64,000 nt of DNA from the human T2T-CHM13v2.0 reference genome, Homo sapiens: the NCBI RefSeq assembly GCF_009914755.1, contig NC_060933.1; one strand, 5' to 3'. Under the pieces are notes generated by a model. The model saw only the letters and a program-made list of their open reading frames with translations. It ran no database searches and was not told the DNA's origin. Made by a program: the position numbers and the translations under genes. Positions 29,271 through 42,299 of this stretch are shown here, one piece after another; the stretch's first letter is position 1, and every line of letters begins with the position of its first letter.

Positions 29271-30989
29271 AATGCTTTCATTAGGTTAAAAGTGTCAGGG
29301 ACATAGGTGCTTTCAGTCTTCCTGCTCTGCCACCTACAGCTTGTTGGCTTGCAATAATGGGGAAGTATTAAAATATTTACTAGTTACCCACAATCTATAG
29401 TGTCTGTCTTCTTAATCAGATTTTAACTACCCCTACTTTTCTTGGTAAAAATATAAAAAATACAACTAAGAACTTTCAATAGCTTTTCAGAAGTGTATAT
29501 GTAACATAAACGGTTGATAATAAAACAACTGAGATTTAAACAGAACATTGATGTTTGCTATCTTCTAGAGTTTGTGAATCTTTTCAGTTCTAGCTAATCA
29601 AAACTCTCTTACCTTTCTGTAACAACCCAAGACTTCAATGGTATAAGTAACATGAGCCACAGACCACAGTTCCATTTCAAACTAAAAGTGCCATAGAATT
29701 AAAAAAAAGAAAAGAAGGAAGAAGAGAGGGAGGGAGAGGAGGAGGAAAAAGGAACAACTGCAACCAACCATTAAAGTTAATTAGAACAAAGTGTCAGAAA
29801 CAGAAATTTGAAGATTTCCTTGATGTTTACTTTAAAACCCACCTTCCCCAAAGCTTCCAAGTGCTTTTTTATTTGGTTTTATTTCTAGGACTTGGGCTCA
29901 CAGCAGCAGATGTGGGAGCAAAAATGAAATCAGAAGGACTTTGGTATTCTGGAGTAAATTGCTCTCCACCGCATTAGTGAGAGGGAATACATTGTAGTTA
30001 GGATAAGAGCAGTGTAAATAATTTTAAGTGTGCAGTAGCGCACAGCATCGATTTGAATGACCTGGTAACTTGGCACCATCCCAGGCAATTATTTCCAAGG
30101 CAGGATTTATGTTGTGTGTTGTCAAAAAGCAGTCCAAACCTTAGATACAGATATATGTTTAGAAGTTGCTCTTCTCAATTGGAAAAGACCATTGGATTGC
30201 TCTGTTATAGAAATCAGAAATCATTTTATCTTTTCCTTTAAATTCAATAACCCTCAGTGGTATTAGGGAATGATTCACCTTTTCCCAGTCATTTAAACAG
30301 CCATTTAAATCTTTTTGAAGATGCACATGCAGATTTATTTAAAAAGTATCTGAAAATGATGACAAAAATTTATCATTACAAATATATGAATGATACAACA
30401 AAAAATCCTACACTTTTATATTTGAAAGTATCCTTCATATACATCTAAAACTATTGCTGGGCTTTTAATAAAACCGAAGAAGAAATTAAAATATGTTAGG
30501 TTTTTTTTTTCCCTCACTCCCACTTCTTTCTGGGGAAGCAGCAAGGCTCAGATTCACATAAAGAACCACATGTTAATGTCATAGCCTCAGATTGTCTGGA
30601 TAAATGCCAAGGAGCACATCAGAGTTAGTAATGAACCTTCTATTGACAACTCAGTCAGCCTTTTGACTTCACATTTTATGGCTCCCCACTCTGCCTGACA
30701 TTATATTTTAGGACTATAGTTGGGATGCTGAGCACAATGGTTTGTGCTTGCTTTCTAATCTCAGGTGCTCAGACATGCACTGGTAGATTTTTCTTTTCAG
30801 TTCAGAGCAATACATCTCATGAACCTGTGGTTTAAACTTGGCTGTAATTTTGGCAACAGAGCTGCCATTCAAGGGCTGATCTCTTTCATTTGCTGTATAT
30901 ATCTCTCACTTACAGCTTTCCAAAGCAGAGCCAGATACCTGAGCCATCCTCAGGTAGAACTCTGAGCTAATATATAAAATCTAAATTTA

Positions 30990-31343
<354 letters not shown>

Positions 31344-32741
31344 CTAATATTTCATCCCCAGCAACGTTTTTTGTCGCTGTTGCCTACCACCCTTTTGGTT
31401 TTCCCAAAAACCCATTTTATGAGCAAGTCCCCTCTGAACGCTCCTCCATCTTATTTTGTTAATTTTAATTTGATAAACTGATTTCTCTCTCCCATTTTTC
31501 CTCCTTCCTGGGAATGAGACACTCTAAAATCAGGAGAGCAGAAAGAGGAATTTGCTCAAATCACATGAGGAAAGAAGCAGACACTCTAGCTATGCAAAGA
31601 AGGGATTTATTTTGACAGCATAAAACTGTTCCATTGTCTTTCCAATCCTCCATTTATAGGATCTTAAGTACTTCTCTCTCCTACACACCCCAAAAGTAAC
31701 CACTAACTTGTCCCAGAGACTTGAGAAGATGAGGAAGGCCCCAGGGAAAGAAATACAGAAGGGTCAAATAGACAATGGCTATACAAAGAGGGTTTTGAAT
31801 TCCTAGTGACTCAGAGGGTGGAAGTGGAGGGCAACCCTGAGATATGAGAAGCTACCCAAAAACTCTAACCTCTGGACATTTATTGAATCAAAAGTAAAGA
31901 ACAATTTGTACATGCTTGGTATTCTATGTGATACCCGACTAAGAATAAGGATGTTTAGAAACACCTCTTGTCCATTAGTAAAGACTAAGACTGGGCTTAT
32001 TCTAAACTGACTCCAAGCTTCTTCATACTGACAGGTGGCCAGAAAGGGCTTGTAGAAAAAATGAACATCACGAAAGAGGCCTCTCTCTCTCTTTCACTTT
32101 TTCTTCCCCTTAAATACAGAGGTCAATTTTTGCATGAAGCTATTTCATTAACTCCATTGATCCTCTCAATAGATGAAGTTCAGATAATTTATGACTTGTC
32201 TACACCCATGGAATGTGCTGGGACAGGTAATCAGAATCAGATTTCTCAATTTGATTACAGTACACTGCTTGGGTAGCACCTACAAATTGGGACTTCAGAA
32301 CAATCTGAGAAGGTCCTTGCCTATATGGCTACATGTATAAAGATCCCTGGACATGGGAAGGGCAGCCTTGAACCTCCAGATCTCACCTAAGTCTTGGTTT
32401 GCTCAACTTGGCAAACCCGGGTTCCTTGCACCTGAGGCATTAACTCTACTAATTTATTTTCTTTAGTAATATGAATTTTAGGAAATGAGAAGTTTAATCA
32501 GAAGAAAATTTGAGATCATGTCCTCAACAGTTATGATAGTGTTGGTATTTGACTCCAACATCTCATTGCCTCATATGCGACTTTTCTGCCACAGTTGTTT
32601 TTCCATGGACAGTAAAGTAGGCTCATAAACCAAAAAATAAAACAAGGAATTATGGGCTTTTAAAGTTAGTGGTAATCTGAGAGATCATCTGGTCGAAACC
32701 TTTATTTTACAGAAAAGAAACAGGCCCAGAGCTTGCATGCT

Positions 32742-33770
32742 TTCATTCATTTACACTTATTCATTGCATTCCTACTGAATACATGACATTGTTGTAGACA
32801 GTGGGGATAAAGACGTAAGCAAAATACACAGTTTCTGTCCTTGCGACATTTACATTTAATCGACGAGTGAGGATGGGTGTGTATGTATTTGAGTGGAATG
32901 TCAGGTAGTGATAGGTGCTAGGAAAACAGAGTATGGTAAAGAAACAGTAATAGGATTGGAAGTAGGAGCTCTTCTGGATATAATGGCAAACCCTCTAAGG
33001 GAGTTTGAGCAGATGCCTGACTTATGTGAGGGACAAGCACCATGACTAAGTCAAGGGAGAAGTTCCAGGCAGAGGAAACAGTAAGTGTGGAGACTGAGTG
33101 AGAAGAGGCTATTCCTGTTTGAGAGACAGCAGGACGTGTGGTTGGAACACTGTGAGCAAGAGGGAAAGCATGTGAAATGAGATCAGAGAAGTATCCAGGG
33201 TTCAATTATGTAAGTCCTCCAAGGCCAGAATAAAAAACTTGAAATCTATTCTGAACGTGATAGAAAAAGACTGGCCACTGGAAGTTTTTAGGAAAGAGGG
33301 TGAGGAGATCCAGTTTACATTTGAACTGATCATTCTGGCTGCTTTGTGGGCTGAAACTGTAGGGGATGCAAGAGAAAAAGCAGAAAGAGCAGTCAGGAGA
33401 GGATTATGATAATTCAGGCAAAGGCTGGCGATGGCTTGAAGGAGGCTGATAAGTGGTGACCTGGGGTCAGATGTTAGGAATAGTCTGAAGTTAGAGCTAA
33501 GAGGATTTGCTGAGGGGTTAGTTGTGAAGTGTGAGAGAAAGAGAAGAATCAAGGATAATTCCAAGCCTTTTGACCTGAGCACCTGGGAGGATGGAGATGC
33601 CTCTTCTTAAGATGGGGCAGGAAGACAAAGCAAATTCTGGAAGTGAAAAAGTAGAAAACCAGAGTTCAGTTTTAGATATGTTAAATTCAAGATACATATT
33701 AGGCATCTAAGCAGTGATGTCAAGAGATTGGGTCTAGAAATGTAAATTTGAGAATCATTGTCATTGATTT
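32742..33770 (-). mobile_element. L2 LINE 3' fragment
   Basis: Minus ORFs YLEFNISKTEL, LGIILDSSLSLT, LNYHNPLLTAL resemble L2 ORF2; ttcattcatt terminal repeat at left. Confidence 0.8.
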
Positions 33771-34583
33771 ATTAAAATTATCATTATCATTGGTCAAAGG
33801 TGATCCAAGATCCCCCTTGACACACCTGAGACATGAAGCCTGAACTTCTGCTCCTTCTTTTTTCCCTGTATATATGTATATATGTGTGCGTACATTCAAG
33901 GAAACAAGTGGAAGCTAAATTCAGTAGGAGAAAATCCTGAATATAAAAACAGACCTAATAGTAATTTGAAAATCAGCAGAATTTTATGAACTATAAAAAT
34001 AAAAGCCCTGAACCTGGCATGATGTTTCAACTAAAGTACAAATGTACAGAAAGAGAATGTCAGCTAGAGTGTCTTAGCAGGCTTTGACCCTGGGAGAAAG
34101 TTGAGTTAGAGAAATGATATCAGTGTCAACTGGCGTCAAGTTCACCTAGGGCTTTACAGAGTAAGTAATATGTCACCAACCTGCACCTGAAATATCTTGT
34201 AGCCAACTGAGCCCAGGTGGGATATTCCACTTGACTCCATTTGTTAAGAAAAGGAGCAGCTATGCCCCTCAACAGCTGGGGATCTGGATAGAATCCTAAT
34301 GGAAGGAGCTATCATATTTCACCTCAAGGGTAAGAGGAAAGGGAAGAGGAGTCAAAGAACAGTCGTGTGAACAATCAAACTGTCTGGAGGAAGAAGGAGC
34401 AGACTTGATGTTTTATCTTCTGATTCAAAGGATTCAAAGCTGAAAGTCTCTTGCAAGTTCCAAGAGAGCATGATGTTTATTCGAGGATCAGTACCTCAGT
34501 AGTGTTTCTGAAGAGCTAAACTGGTTGCAGAGAAGAAACAATCTCTAATATTTCACAGAAGATCCTGGCTTTGGAATGTCTAA

Positions 34584-34913
<330 letters not shown>

Positions 34914-36358
34914 TGTAATTCCGTTTTCTAAGAGTTGCACTGCATACTTTTGAAAAGGTTCAACTGGATGAGAGAAGTGGGTAACACCAACTGGTAAGGT
35001 TTTATGAATTGTTTAAAAGACTTACATATCCAGTTATCCTATTTGATCTTCATTAAAAAGCTGTGAGACGGGCAAGACAGGTAAGATCACCCATTTTCCA
35101 GCTGAGGAAGCAGACACTCATAAATGGTGGTGATTGTGTCCAACGCAGGGGCTTCATTCAGAACTTGTGCCAAAGGAAAGTATGTCAGTCCCACAGTCAA
35201 CTTGGTGAAATAAGTGTCAAGCACAGCAGGAAGCCAGAGCTGCTGTCAATTGCCCTCCTCCCCCTCAGCCATGGATATATTTAAACCCAGCAATAATAAA
35301 ACAAACTGGCAGCTGGCACTTTTGTAGTGCCAACTCTGGAGCCCCTCAGAAGAAAACTTTTTTTCTAGACAGACTTTTTCTCTTTTTTATTATTCATTTG
35401 CTATTTATTTTAAAGTTATATTTCTAAGTGAAACATTTTAAAGTTAGAAAATGGGATGAACTGAGCCAAACTGCAAACAAGAAACATGCCTTGAGCAATG
35501 TGCAGGTTTTTAATTTGTTTACATTCTGCCTTCCTGGCATCTGCCTGTGATGCCTGATGTGACCAAAACCACCCAATCGCACAGATACTAGTATACCAGC
35601 TCCTCCACACATCCAGATTCTGAGTTCTCAGTCAGCTAGCAAGAGGACTGATGACACATTAAACTATTAAAACAAAGATACTGGTGAGCATTTATTTACT
35701 GCCTAGTACATCACAGTCTCTAAATACCCATTCAGTTCCCACAAAATATGGTGGGTAGGGCAATGCACATTTTATAAATTAGGAAGCTGAGGCTCAGAAA
35801 ACTTAACTTGTTTAGGGACAGTTTCCTGATTCAAACAGCATCACTATTGCCTGAATCACTCTAGGCCCTCTGAACCTCAGGCTTCCAAAAACAGTCAGTG
35901 TGTTTCCTTCTGAGGGAGACAAACTGAATTTGTGTTGCTTTAGGAGAGGTCCAAATTTCTGCTTCCTACCCAGAAGATTACAGTAGACACATCTCATTTA
36001 ATTCTTTGAGAACCAGTATGAAGAGTATCCTGCAAAGGTGCCACGTATCTGAGCTCATATGATGAAATCTGCTGCTTCCTAGGTGACTGCACAGTCCCTG
36101 AACCATATGAAACTACCTCCATCTCTTCATCTGTAAAATGGGAACTATGGAAGATGATCCACCTTCTCTCCTGGGTTGCTGTAAAGCCAGGCATATAAAT
36201 GAGTGAAAGTGCCTTGTTGATTAAAACATTCTCTACAAATGGGATTAGTATAATTTTCATCATCTAAAAGAGAATGCCACCAGAAGTTCTAGCATCCCCT
36301 TATTCAGCCACAGTAAAACCTGCTTGAAGACTTTACTTGCCTCTCCCTCTTACGTCTA

Positions 36359-36437
36359 TTAGGTTGGTGCACAAGTAATTGCGGTTTCTGCCATTGAACG
36401 TAATGGCAAAACCACAATTACTTTCACACCAATCTAA
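36359..36437. mobile_element. MADE1 (Hsmar1 MITE)
   Basis: 79-bp near-palindrome ttaggttggtgcacaagtaattgcgg...ccacaattactttcacaccaatctaa with TA on both sides. Confidence 0.92.
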
Positions 36438-37102
36438 TACGTACAGCAAAAGAAACAAATGGGTTTGTGGAGTGGAAGCCACAGAGAAAGGATCATGTTT
36501 TCACTAAATCATGAGGTGGGGCAAATCTGCTAGTGCTGCCAACATGTGCCAATGTGTCTCTCAGCTTGCTCCATCACTAGCAGGTGTTCACAGGCTGGTG
36601 AGGATGGAGAGTGAGCTTTCCCCCCAATTTGCCTGTCTTTCACTTGTCAAGGCTTTTGACAGGCATTTTGCAGTTCTCTGTCACACAGTTCTAAGCGTGG
36701 CTGCACAGCATGCTGCTTAAAGCAACCCCAAGTCATGGAACTCTGAAAATTCCTCAAGTTTCTGTTTGATGGAATGCCCAAAGTATGAGTGTTAGTAGCC
36801 CATCTTGTTGATATGGGTCTGCTTCATTCATCCTCCTGGTAGGTGGGCTATCAACCCACCCCTAGGGATAGGTCAAAAGGTTGTCTCATGGTGATTGGGC
36901 TTTGCTGTGTGTTAGATGTCAGATTTGATTTTTGTCCCTGTTTAATAATGAAAATATCCCTTCTTCTTGCTCCCATGTACCCTGTGTAGAATACTTATTT
37001 ATATCACAATCACCTTTTAGTGTGTCTGTCTCCCAAACTAGGCTATCAACTTCTGGAGCAGGGGCCCTAGAATATTCTTAACACACCTGGCAGAGTGCCT
37101 GG

Positions 37103-37453
37103 TGTTAAAAGGTAAACTTTGACATATTAAGATTTTAAAGAGTTTATTTGAGTAGACAGCAATTGATGAATTAGGCAGTGCCAAATCATTAGTAGTGTAG
37201 GCTCTACCTAGGAGGAACAAGAGGCAAATTTTTACTAGGTGTTCAGGGAAGAAAGACAAAGAAAATGTTTGATTGGTTAAAGTGGAAAGTCCCTCGTTAG
37301 AGGTTAATTGGCAGTTTCTGATTGGTTAAACTTCAGTTTCATTTTGCTGGGATATGATCGGTCACACTGATTTGAGTTTTCGTTTGCTTACATAGGAACC
37401 CAAAGCGCTGGAGCTGTCTCGTCCTAATGGCCTCCCAGTTACTTATTTTAACA
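37103..37453 (-). mobile_element. ERV1 solo LTR (MER57/MER93-like) inserted into an L2 end
   Basis: tgttaaaa...ttttaaca inverted termini, 4-bp TSD CTGG, two gattggttaaa (reverse CCAAT) boxes, tttatt on plus. Confidence 0.7.
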
Positions 37454-37961
37454 CTGGCATAAAACAAGGGCTTATAAGTGCATGCTGAATTGAATCAATA
37501 CAATGCGTGTGAGGTACCTGACAATGGTAGTTTCCTTTAAGGAAATGAGACCAGATTTCTTCTGGTCATTGAGAACTTTTTTGATGATGACATGATCAGA
37601 ATCTAGGGCCTTAGCTAGGTCTGACTCCTGATCCCTGGCTTAGGGGCCATTTCTGTAGTTGACCATTATAATGATGAAGCCACCTGTGGGCTTTACTGTA
37701 CCCACTCAGCTTCACATACAAGTGCATGCCATTTAAAATATATATATTATTTAATACCTCCAGGCACAAGAAATAATGTGCATTTTTATTGGTTTGCTTT
37801 GCCTATTCACTGATAGCATCTTTCCCTTTGCTAAGGTTTGTTATTTTAGACACAGCCTACACAATATATAGTGTTTAATTCACATCACTAAACCAGTATT
37901 ATGAAGAGTGAAACTGAAGGAAGTATTTTCCTATTTAGGCTGTTTGGAAATAGAAAGGGAC

Positions 37962-38020
37962 CCCCCCCCCCCCCCCCCGCCCCACACACACACACGCACA
38001 CCATCCCACCACCACCAATC
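37962..38020. repeat. Poly-C and (CA)n low-complexity tract
   Basis: ~17 C, then cacacacacacacgcacac and ccacc repeats. Confidence 0.9.
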
Positions 38021-38085
38021 CCAACCTTTCCTTTGACTTCCCATATTTCTTTTGAATGTCTGGGCAGTTATGCAGGCCAGGAGAG

Positions 38086-38682
38086 GGGCCGTTTCATGAC
38101 TACGCCAAATATCCTATTTGGGGTCAGTTTCCAGCCCACGCTGAGGTTCGAGGGGAGTGGGCGGATGGGCAGATAGCTGAAAGGGCACTCGGGGGCCCGT
38201 AAACAGGTGAAAGGTAGTTTTATTCAGCATTTCTCTCAGCAGCAGCTTACTCACACTAGCTCTCTCACACTATCCACCTTGTCTCAGCTGCTTAGTCCAG
38301 CGGCTCCCACACATAGCTGTGTGGCCGGCTCTCCCTTCAGGGTCAGCAGCTTAACTCTTTCTTTCTCACTGGGCATGAGCGAGGTCTGTGTCCCAACTTT
38401 TTCCTGTCCATCTGCAAAGATGGACAGCTCTGGCTCTTTCTCTGAGTGCAAGCATGCCTGTACAATGTCTACAGGGAAATTATACCTTTTACAGGCAATA
38501 GTGGCTTAGAGCCAAGTGATGAGCCTTCCCTATGTTATGGCTATGGTGGTGAGCTTCTCTATGTTATGTCTACATGGCTATGATAACAAGTGAAGTTATA
38601 AGCCTGCACTCTAAACTCGCTGAGTCATTCTGGATGTTTACCTCAGCCTATGCTTGACCAAAGCACAGCCATGTTCCTTACA
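38086..38682 (-). mobile_element. 3' LTR (LTR18 family)
   Basis: Minus strand starts TGTAAGGAACATGGCTGTGC; preceded by purine tract AGGGGATAGAG; AATAAA (tttatt at ~38218). Confidence 0.88.
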
Positions 38683-38899
38683 CTCTATCCCCTAGGCCGA
38701 GGGAGACATAGGCCTTGGATACGCAGGTTATACACATAAACTTTGGGTACATAGGCTTGATATACACACACAGGCTTTATATATAAGTTTTGGGCACATA
38801 GTTTGATAAACAGGCTTGGCCCACAGGCCTTACATTCCACCCCCTAGGCTGAGGGAGTTCTTCTAGTGCAGATCTGTGTGCATAGGGCAGCACCTTGGA

Positions 38900-40030
38900 C
38901 CCATAGGCCACAGAGAGCAACAACCTACCACTAATATTCCTGATGTGCTACCCATGATTATTAGAGCCCAATGTAGGCCAGAGCCCCAGAGGCACCCACT
39001 ATCTCTGCAGGGGGTCCTCGGTAAGGTGTTCAATCACCTTAATCTCCTGTGACACCCCTTGTAAGGCTGCTGTTATGTTATGGTGGTTGTTAGGGATAAA
39101 TGTACAACACTGTGTCCCTGCAAGGGCACAGGTGCCACCTTGGGCAGTTGTAACTATGTGTGCGGCCATACAGTTTTGCTGCACCACCTTCCTGATCTGA
39201 TTAACCTTATTAGTTAGCAAATGGAGAGCAACTTGGGTGTAATTCAGGGCCGGAGCTGTGTGCTCTGCAAGGACTATAACTTGCATTTCTACAGGAATAA
39301 CACCTACTTCAGTGATAGTTATTATTAAGGGATAGAACCACTGGGGGCCTGCCGCACTCACAAAAAGTGGGAACACAGCACCTCCCAGTTATGCAGGTGA
39401 TTAGGCAATGTGGGAAGCATGGTGACAGGGACATAGGGCTACCCCCAGGTACAATGTCCAGTCCATTTGACTGGCAGATATGGCCATCCGGTATCCCCAC
39501 AGACCATAAGCTCCCAGGAGGCATAAATTCCATGGGGGCCCGGCCTTGGTATGGCCACTTGTTCCACCACACCCTTGGTGTAGCGACAAATGTTATGTTT
39601 GCACAAATCTCAGCAGGCAACGATCCCACAGTGACTTTACCCCAGTGCTGGTCTGTACATCGTGGTACCTACAATGGGGGCACCATGTGTTCTCCCATTA
39701 GCCAGCCCTATCCATCATGGACAGTTCGAGTCAGCCAGGGGGCAGGCTTGCCATGGGTTTTGCGACACTCCCTGTCCAAAGCTCACCATATTGCCTCCCA
39801 CCCATTGTCCGTGCGACCCGAAGTCTCTAGCCACGTCCAGTTCTTCACAGAAGCTGAATGCATGTGCCAGGGCAAGCTGTCTGCAGCTGCTGCTGGAAGG
39901 GTGGTGCAGATCCAACAGTTGGAGACATTGGTCACCTTGGTATAGGTCTGGGCCCAGTCCATGATGCTGCTGGACATGCCAACCTACAGCCAGAACGACA
40001 AAGCAAGCATAGGTACTAACAAGGGTAAAT
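38900..40030 (-). pseudogene. env: env remnant (gamma-type SU/TM)
   Basis: NVSNCWICTTLP (SU CxxC); decayed furin site *VRQ|AP; VQQNCMAAHIVTTAQGGTCALAGTQCCTFIP (ISD-like + CX6CC). Confidence 0.8.
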
Positions 40031-40249
40031 CATGTCCCTTAGGCCAAATACAAGCCAACTTTTATCTCTAGCTGACAATGCAGCTGCCAAGGGCTTCTGC
40101 CCTGGGCAATGGTACCACACCTTATCAGCTCCCCATGGTTCTTTTGGGTCCTATACCCATGCCAAAGTCACAGCAGAGCTTATGACAGGCCACACGGACA
40201 GTACGTATGTCCCCCAGAGGAGGGTCCCTTCCCCGACTGTTTCCCTATG

Positions 40250-41850
40250 AATGGTTAATTGTGGAGGCCACACATTAAACACCCAAGGAGTAACATGTAA
40301 ATTACACTGCAGATCCTCCCCCACAAGGGGCTACAATAGCCAACCATCTGCAATGAGGGGCTTGGAGGGTCCATGGCCAACACCAGGGTTATCTGTTTCC
40401 CTACCTTTAGGGGTGTTGGGGCAGGCAATAACAGATTACCATTCGTCCCCATACCTGGTTGGAGGAGGTCATCTTTCCTCTCATAGATCTGGCCACATGG
40501 CCTGGCCCTATATGGGTCAGTGACTAGCTAATTCTGTAACTTTCAGGTAGTTAATCACAAGGTTAAGCCTCAATAAACTACCCAGCTATTGCTGCAGATT
40601 ACCATAGGTGTCACCTCCTTGGTGATCATTATCTACACTGCCCTGAGTTTAACTTATTAGCTACTTTGCCCACACTTGTTATCAAACCATATAGTGACAG
40701 TATTAGGCTGGCCTGCAGCAGCAATCTAGGCAGCAGCAGTACTCTGGCTAGACCTATCTATATAACATGTGTCATTAGGAATGGGAGTGTGCCCTTCCTT
40801 AAACAGTGATGGCTCAGGGTCTAGGGGTGCCGTAGGCCCCATGGCCTTATCTTACATTAGGACTATAGGCCCTAAAACCTCTTGTAACTTTGCTGCTAAG
40901 GGACTTGTACTTACAGTACTCTGCTGTTCTAAGTAGGCGCCCCACTTTGCTAAAGTGGATGTCTGTGCTGTCCCAGTCTCGGAGGTTGTTACCCATGAGC
41001 ACATCCACCTCGCTATTGGGTAAGCCATCTGCACGACTGCAGCCTGTCCTGCAGTGCTCTTATGAGCCTGAAGGGCAGCATATGCAGTTACTAACTGCTT
41101 TCCCAGTCCGGGGGGTGGTTATCTATGAATACACCCATCCCATATTACTAATCACTTCTCTATTAAGGACTACCAGAGCTCAGCTCCCGTCCATAGTTGG
41201 GACCAAAAGCCTATTGGCATACTCAGATGCTCTGTGCACTGCTATGGGCCCTAACAGAAACTATCCATGGTCATATGCACATTTACCTTAAATGGGCACC
41301 CCTGGTCAACTACCCTTAGGGTTTGTACCTGCTAAATAGCCCGCTTGGTTACCAGACATGCTGTCTCAGCTTCGTCATCCCAATCCCAGGCAAGAGGGTC
41401 ATTGCCACTTCTAAACCTGCAACAGAATCAAAGGTTAGCATAACATCATCAATGAGATCATGAAACATGGTGGGGCTATGCATATAGCCCTGCAGCAACA
41501 CTGTGAAAGTCCATTGTTGCCCTCCCATGAAGGCAAACTCTGCCTGGCTCTCTGGAGCGATGTCAATGGAGAAGAATGCATTAGCCAAGTCCCATCACAA
41601 AGTGCTACTGTCCCAGCTCTATTGTCAAGTCCATCAAGTCCACGATGGAAGGTCCAGCTGCACGTGGAGGGGGTGTTACTTATTTCAGTTCCCAATAATC
41701 CACTGTCATCTGCCAAGTCCCATCAGGCTTTCTGACTGGCCATACTGGGGAATTGTAGGGAATATGGGTGCCACACACTATTTGCACCTCCTCTAACCTC
41801 TTAATAGTCTCAGTTATCTCTGGCAAATGGTATTGATGAGTGGAGGTAAC
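40250..41850 (-). pseudogene. pol: pol remnant (RT, tether/RNase H; large deletions)
   Basis: ANAFFSIDIAPESQAEFAF..QQWTFTVLLQGYMHSPT, LIDDVML (YxDD remnant), GTAQTSTLAKWGAYLEQ; frameshifts. Confidence 0.8.
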
Positions 41851-41853
41851 CCA

Positions 41854-42225
41854 TCAGGGTTGTGGCAGAACTTGGGACTGGTGATGCGAATGTCCACACA
41901 GTACCAGTTTTAATACATGAATTCTTAGTCTGAATTCTCCAACCGCAGTGTGTAAGTCCAGACTATGCAAAATGTCCACCCCCAGAATATATTCAGGTAT
42001 AGGAGAAACATACACAGTGTACAGGCAGGGAGCCAAGTGGCCAACGCCAAGATGCAGAGACACAGGTTTCACCTTCACTGACTGGCCCCCATAACCGTCA
42101 ATAAATGCAGCTTTGCCCAGAAACTTATCCGGGTTTCCATAAACTATACTGCAGTCTGCACCAGTATCTACCAGTGCTAGGACCTGCTGTACATTAGTGG
42201 GGGACCAGTGGATTGCCAGCTCCAC
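41854..42225 (-). pseudogene. pro: Retroviral aspartic protease remnant
   Basis: ALVDTGADCSIVYG...IDGYGG...EYILGVDIL. Confidence 0.85.
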
Positions 42226-42299
42226 GTAGAGCCTCCAGTTGTCTGGTACCCTCCGCTGAGCCAGGCACCTCGGCCAGTTCCCTAATCAAACGAGAAAGC

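Noticed and set aside
38999-39977. Captured syncytin-like env gene
   Set aside because: env is split over several frames with stops and a destroyed furin site.
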